Assembly (NCBI GenBank): GCA_963826785.1
Contig: CAWGYD010000010.1
Coordinates: forward strand, 1-64,000
DNA length: 64,000 bases
Reading direction: 5' to 3'
From: an uncultured delta proteobacterium
Lineage (GTDB): Bacteria > Desulfobacterota > Desulfobacteria > Desulfobacterales > Desulfosalsimonadaceae
Under the pieces are notes generated by a model. That model was not told the DNA's origin. It did no database searches and worked only from the letters and a program-made list of their open reading frames with translations. The position numbers were made by a program, and so were the translations under genes. Every line of letters starts with the position of its first letter. Position 1 is the first letter of the stretch. Positions 60,724-64,000 of the stretch are shown piece after piece.

Positions 60724-61647
60724 TTACTGGATCTGATAGGCAATCGACATCAGTTCGCCGCCCCGTTCGATCTGAAGGTCCACGGATGATGAAGATTTCA
60801 GGTTTTCATAAAATTTCAAGGCGTCATCCACAGACTGGATCTGGTTGCCATTGACGCCCTTGACGATATCGCCGTTTTGCAGGCCCATTTCCGAAAAAAT
60901 GGATTTGGGCCGGATATGGCTGACAATCAGGCCGCTGGGCTGCCCGTTCTCAAAATGGGGGCGGACTTTGACCTGGCTCATCAGCTGGTTGATATTTTTC
61001 AGGGCGCTGTTGATTTCTTCCCGGTCGATGCTGACCGTCGACTGGTCGGCTTCGCTTCCATAAGTGTATTCCGGTTCTTCCGGCATGCCGGTATCCCGGC
61101 TGCTCGGCGCTGAAGCAGAGGCCATGGCCCGCTGATTTTTCTCTTCCTCCATCAGCAGGATTTCGTCTTTTCCATTGACGCTGAGCACCACTTTTTTTCT
61201 CAGGATCAGTTTGATCTGTGCATTCTGGATGGCGTCGCCTTCCCGGTAAAGACTCTGCTGGCGGTTCTTGAGATCTTCAATCACCGCATATGCCCGCCGG
61301 GTCTCTGAACCGGTCACCGTTCCCCAGAGCTTGAGGTTCAATTGGGTCTGTTTCAATTTTTCCAGTTCGATGTCATCCGCTTTTTTCTGAGCCGGCTCCA
61401 CCTGGACGGTCTTGAACAGATCCCGGTTGAAAATGGCCTGATAGGCATTCAGGCCGGGATTGGCGCGCATGCGATCCGGCATGCTGACAGATGAGGGCAT
61501 GTTTTCGGGCGCCTGTGCGATCAGCAGCCGGTCATAGGGGACCCGAAGCGCGGTGGCGCTGACCAGCTGGTAAAAAAGCTGAACGCAGAAAAATACGGCC
61601 AGCGTGATCAATACGATGTGAAAGATACCAAATAATTTTTTTATCAT
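60724..61647 (-). CDS. gspC: Type II secretion protein GspC (TM-HR-PDZ)
   Basis: LKLWGTV...AVIED HR domain and C-terminal PDZ (GLQNGDIVKGVNG). Confidence 0.88.
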   Translation of the reverse strand: MIKKLFGIFHIVLITLAVFFCVQLFYQLVSATALRVPYDRLLIAQAPENMPSSVSMPDRMRANPGLNAYQAIFNRDLFKTVQVEPAQKKADDIELEKLKQTQLNLKLWGTVTGSETRRAYAVIEDLKNRQQSLYREGDAIQNAQIKLILRKKVVLSVNGKDEILLMEEEKNQRAMASASAPSSRDTGMPEEPEYTYGSEADQSTVSIDREEINSALKNINQLMSQVKVRPHFENGQPSGLIVSHIRPKSIFSEMGLQNGDIVKGVNGNQIQSVDDALKFYENLKSSSSVDLQIERGGELMSIAYQIQ

Positions 61648-61681
61648 CAGAAAAAATCAGTCAATGATTATGTATTTATGA

Positions 61682-62539
61682 TTACCGGAGTGAAAAGTTG
61701 GGCCGGTCGATGGTGCCGGAAATTCGAAAAGGCACGCCGCCGCCGCGCATGTTCTTGGATATCAGTTCCACCGGGAACATGGCGGAAAGTCCCTTGATCA
61801 GCCTGGCCTGGGGATTGATGCGCCCAGCGATATTGATGATGCTCTTGTCCACGGGATCTTTGAGCAGAATGGAACCGGTGGCATTGCCGGTCACATCCGG
61901 CCCTTCCACCTTGAGTTCCTTGATCAGGATCCGCTGGTTTGCCATTTCGACCTTGGATGATACGGTTTTAAATTCGATTTCTTCGATGCCCATCATCGGC
62001 GCGGACAATTTTACCCGGCTGTCGGTGATCAGGAGTTCCGCCGTCCCTTCCCCTCTGGGATCCTTGCTGTTGCCGAAAACGAGCTTGCCTTCCGCACGTC
62101 CGGACAGTTCATAGGGAATCAGCTGCTTGATTTCCGGGATATCCTGGAGGAGAATATCGGTAAAATCCAGGTCCGTGTCGACCACAAGCGGATTTTTGGC
62201 CCCGCGAATGGTGACTGCCCCCGAGAGGCGGCCGCCGTATGCCCGACCGTCCACATGCAAGGTCTTGTCCGGTGACATCAGCGTTAGATACGCCGGCGTC
62301 ACACTGAGGGATTGCGCCGTAACCAGGGTCTGACCCGACCGTTCAATCCGAGGGGCATAAAAGGTCAGGCCGGGCGGAAAGGCCGGTTTCACCTGGCGGA
62401 TCCCCAGATCAAACCCGGAGACGGCCGCATCGAATTGATATTTCGCATAGGAAATGATCGCATCGCTCGGAAACAGAACATACAAAAACAGGAGCGCGAT
62501 CGAAACCACATATGCGCTGTACGCCAGCCATTTTTTCAT
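61682..62539 (-). CDS. gspN: Type II secretion protein GspN (deltaproteobacterial type)
   Basis: N-terminal FLYVLFP TM, beta-rich body, C-terminal ISGTIDRP, located between gspM and gspC. Confidence 0.75.
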   Translation of the reverse strand: MKKWLAYSAYVVSIALLFLYVLFPSDAIISYAKYQFDAAVSGFDLGIRQVKPAFPPGLTFYAPRIERSGQTLVTAQSLSVTPAYLTLMSPDKTLHVDGRAYGGRLSGAVTIRGAKNPLVVDTDLDFTDILLQDIPEIKQLIPYELSGRAEGKLVFGNSKDPRGEGTAELLITDSRVKLSAPMMGIEEIEFKTVSSKVEMANQRILIKELKVEGPDVTGNATGSILLKDPVDKSIINIAGRINPQARLIKGLSAMFPVELISKNMRGGGVPFRISGTIDRPNFSLR

Positions 62540-62553
62540 ATCAATACCATTAA

Positions 62554-63084
62554 TTAGGATTCTACGGTTTCCGCCTGCAGAACAGCGCTGATCAGCCCGT
62601 TGTCCGGCCCGGTTTTGGTGATGGACAGCCGGTTGACCACGATCATGTTCGGCGAGGTTTCCACCCGGTGCAAATACGACGCAAGGTCCTTCAGGTTGAT
62701 TTCCTGTATCTTCATTTCCACCCGGGACAGCTTCAGGCCCGAACCTTCCCTTACCGCGCTGGAGGGTTTCATATAGGAGATATGGTCCTTGACACCGGTC
62801 TCCCCGGCAAGCCGGTCCAGAAAAGAAAAGAGGGTGAAGCCGGCCGGACGGCTTTCAAAGCCGCGCCTGGAGGCTTCTTCTTTTGATTTCATCCCCTGGT
62901 ATTCGGTTTGGAGCCGGACCATCTCGGTGAGAATGCCCTTTTTCGCCTCCAGGGTATGCCGGAGGTCATTGCGCTTTTCAAATACCGGAACGATGATAAA
63001 CTGGACCAGCACGAATATCGCAATGAAACCGGCGGCGCCTAAGACAGCGGTTTTCTCCCGCTTGTTCAAACTGATATTCAGCAT
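62554..63084 (-). CDS. gspM: Type II secretion protein GspM
   Basis: LNKREK + TM + coiled coil + ferredoxin-like domain, located after gspL. Confidence 0.8.
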   Translation of the reverse strand: MLNISLNKREKTAVLGAAGFIAIFVLVQFIIVPVFEKRNDLRHTLEAKKGILTEMVRLQTEYQGMKSKEEASRRGFESRPAGFTLFSFLDRLAGETGVKDHISYMKPSSAVREGSGLKLSRVEMKIQEINLKDLASYLHRVETSPNMIVVNRLSITKTGPDNGLISAVLQAETVES

Positions 63085-63102
63085 TTTAATGTGTCCTGTG
63101 GG

Positions 63103-64000
63103 TCATTTCAGATCAGCCTTGAGCTTGAACTGCACGCGGTTGATCGATTTTTCGAGATTGGCCGAAGTAATGGTAATATTTTTGATGGACTGGGCTTTTT
63201 CCAGGTTGCCCTTGATTTCATCCACCGCATTGAAAGTGTCCGTATCGCCGGTGATCAGGATGTTGTCATCCCCCCGGACATACCGGGTGAATTCCACGTC
63301 CGTTCCCGGGGGGATCAGTTGACTGATTTCGTTTAAGATGTCGATATTGAGCGATTCCGAGGCCAGTTCCCCGGCAAACATTTCTTTATCCCTGGCCTCG
63401 GCGATCCGGACCCGCATCTGCTGCACCGGGTCCACGATGCGCGTCACATCCGGAAAGGTCGACTTGAAGACCGAGGCAATCCGGTAGTTGACGGCCTGGA
63501 CATCCTTGGCCAGAAAATGGGCGTCCAGCAGCACGTTGAACATGGCGATGATAAAAACGAACAGGGCGGTCATGCCGGTCCGGATCACCTCGTTTTTGTA
63601 CTCTTCCCAGTAGCGCTTGAACACCGAGTGCTCACCGTGAAAGTTGATGGCGGAAATTCCCATCAACTCGGCGGCGGCAAGCGCCAGCGGATGATCGGCA
63701 TATCCGTTATTCATCGCGGCATCCGGCGAAACCCGGATGTTGAGATCGAGCTGAGTCAGCAGATCGATTTTGACAACGGGGACACCGCCGAGTATGCGGT
63801 CCATCTCCGCTTTGAACTGGACCTCGTCGATGCCGCCGCCGCTGTAGTAAATCCGCCCCGGTTCCAGGTCAAAATTAAACACCGATTCAAAGGCGGCGAT
63901 GATCTGCTGAATATTTTCAGAAAGCCGGGCCCCTTTTTGCGACGGATCGGAAAGTCTTGCGGGAAAGGACCGAATCAGACAGGCGTAGCCGGAGACCACC
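63103..64000 (-). CDS. gspL: Type II secretion protein GspL (5' end outside the window)
   Basis: End of the cytoplasmic domain, TM, F..TFP....VDPVQQM periplasmic motif and PilN-like fold. Confidence 0.78.
   Translation of the reverse strand, partial: VVSGYACLIRSFPARLSDPSQKGARLSENIQQIIAAFESVFNFDLEPGRIYYSGGGIDEVQFKAEMDRILGGVPVVKIDLLTQLDLNIRVSPDAAMNNGYADHPLALAAAELMGISAINFHGEHSVFKRYWEEYKNEVIRTGMTALFVFIIAMFNVLLDAHFLAKDVQAVNYRIASVFKSTFPDVTRIVDPVQQMRVRIAEARDKEMFAGELASESLNIDILNEISQLIPPGTDVEFTRYVRGDDNILITGDTDTFNAVDEIKGNLEKAQSIKNITITSANLEKSINRVQFKLKADLK

Overview
A 64-kb chromosomal segment, most likely from a sulfate-reducing deltaproteobacterium (Desulfobacterales-like, inferred from gene content). 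It appears to span the replication terminus: a 28-bp dif-like site lies at 29577-29604, KOPS-like octamers converge on it from both sides, and xerD is about 14.5 kb away. From left to right the window holds an AT-rich legionaminic-acid-type cluster (legB/legC/neuD/neuB/GNAT/neuC), rsmG, a toxin-antitoxin patch (orphan MntA, Phd-VapC, FitAB-like), and a cobalamin-riboswitch-controlled TonB receptor plus a secreted protein ending in GGGGGGCFVGVLR whose tail is triplicated downstream. Next come xerD, an M24 peptidase, a thioesterase, a complete 1848-bp group II intron inserted inside a ~132-bp MITE (three more complete copies and one deleted copy in the window, most with 6-7 bp TSDs), gmd-fcl, an EF-G paralogue and xseAB-ispA-dxs-tlyA. 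The right half holds glmM with a split GlmU-like protein, pgi, purA, tadA facing tRNA-Arg(ACG), three tRNAs in total, ribF-def-fmt-rsmB-PASTA-rpe-aroQ, a HEAT/CPBP pair, a hybrid kinase, asd and a type II secretion cluster. Four single-base frameshifts (legC, rsmB twice, the kinase) may be assembly errors. The most interesting signals are the intron/MITE targeting system and a candidate C-terminal Gly-Cys sorting system linked to B12 capture. All functional calls come from motif recognition by eye; no database searches were run.
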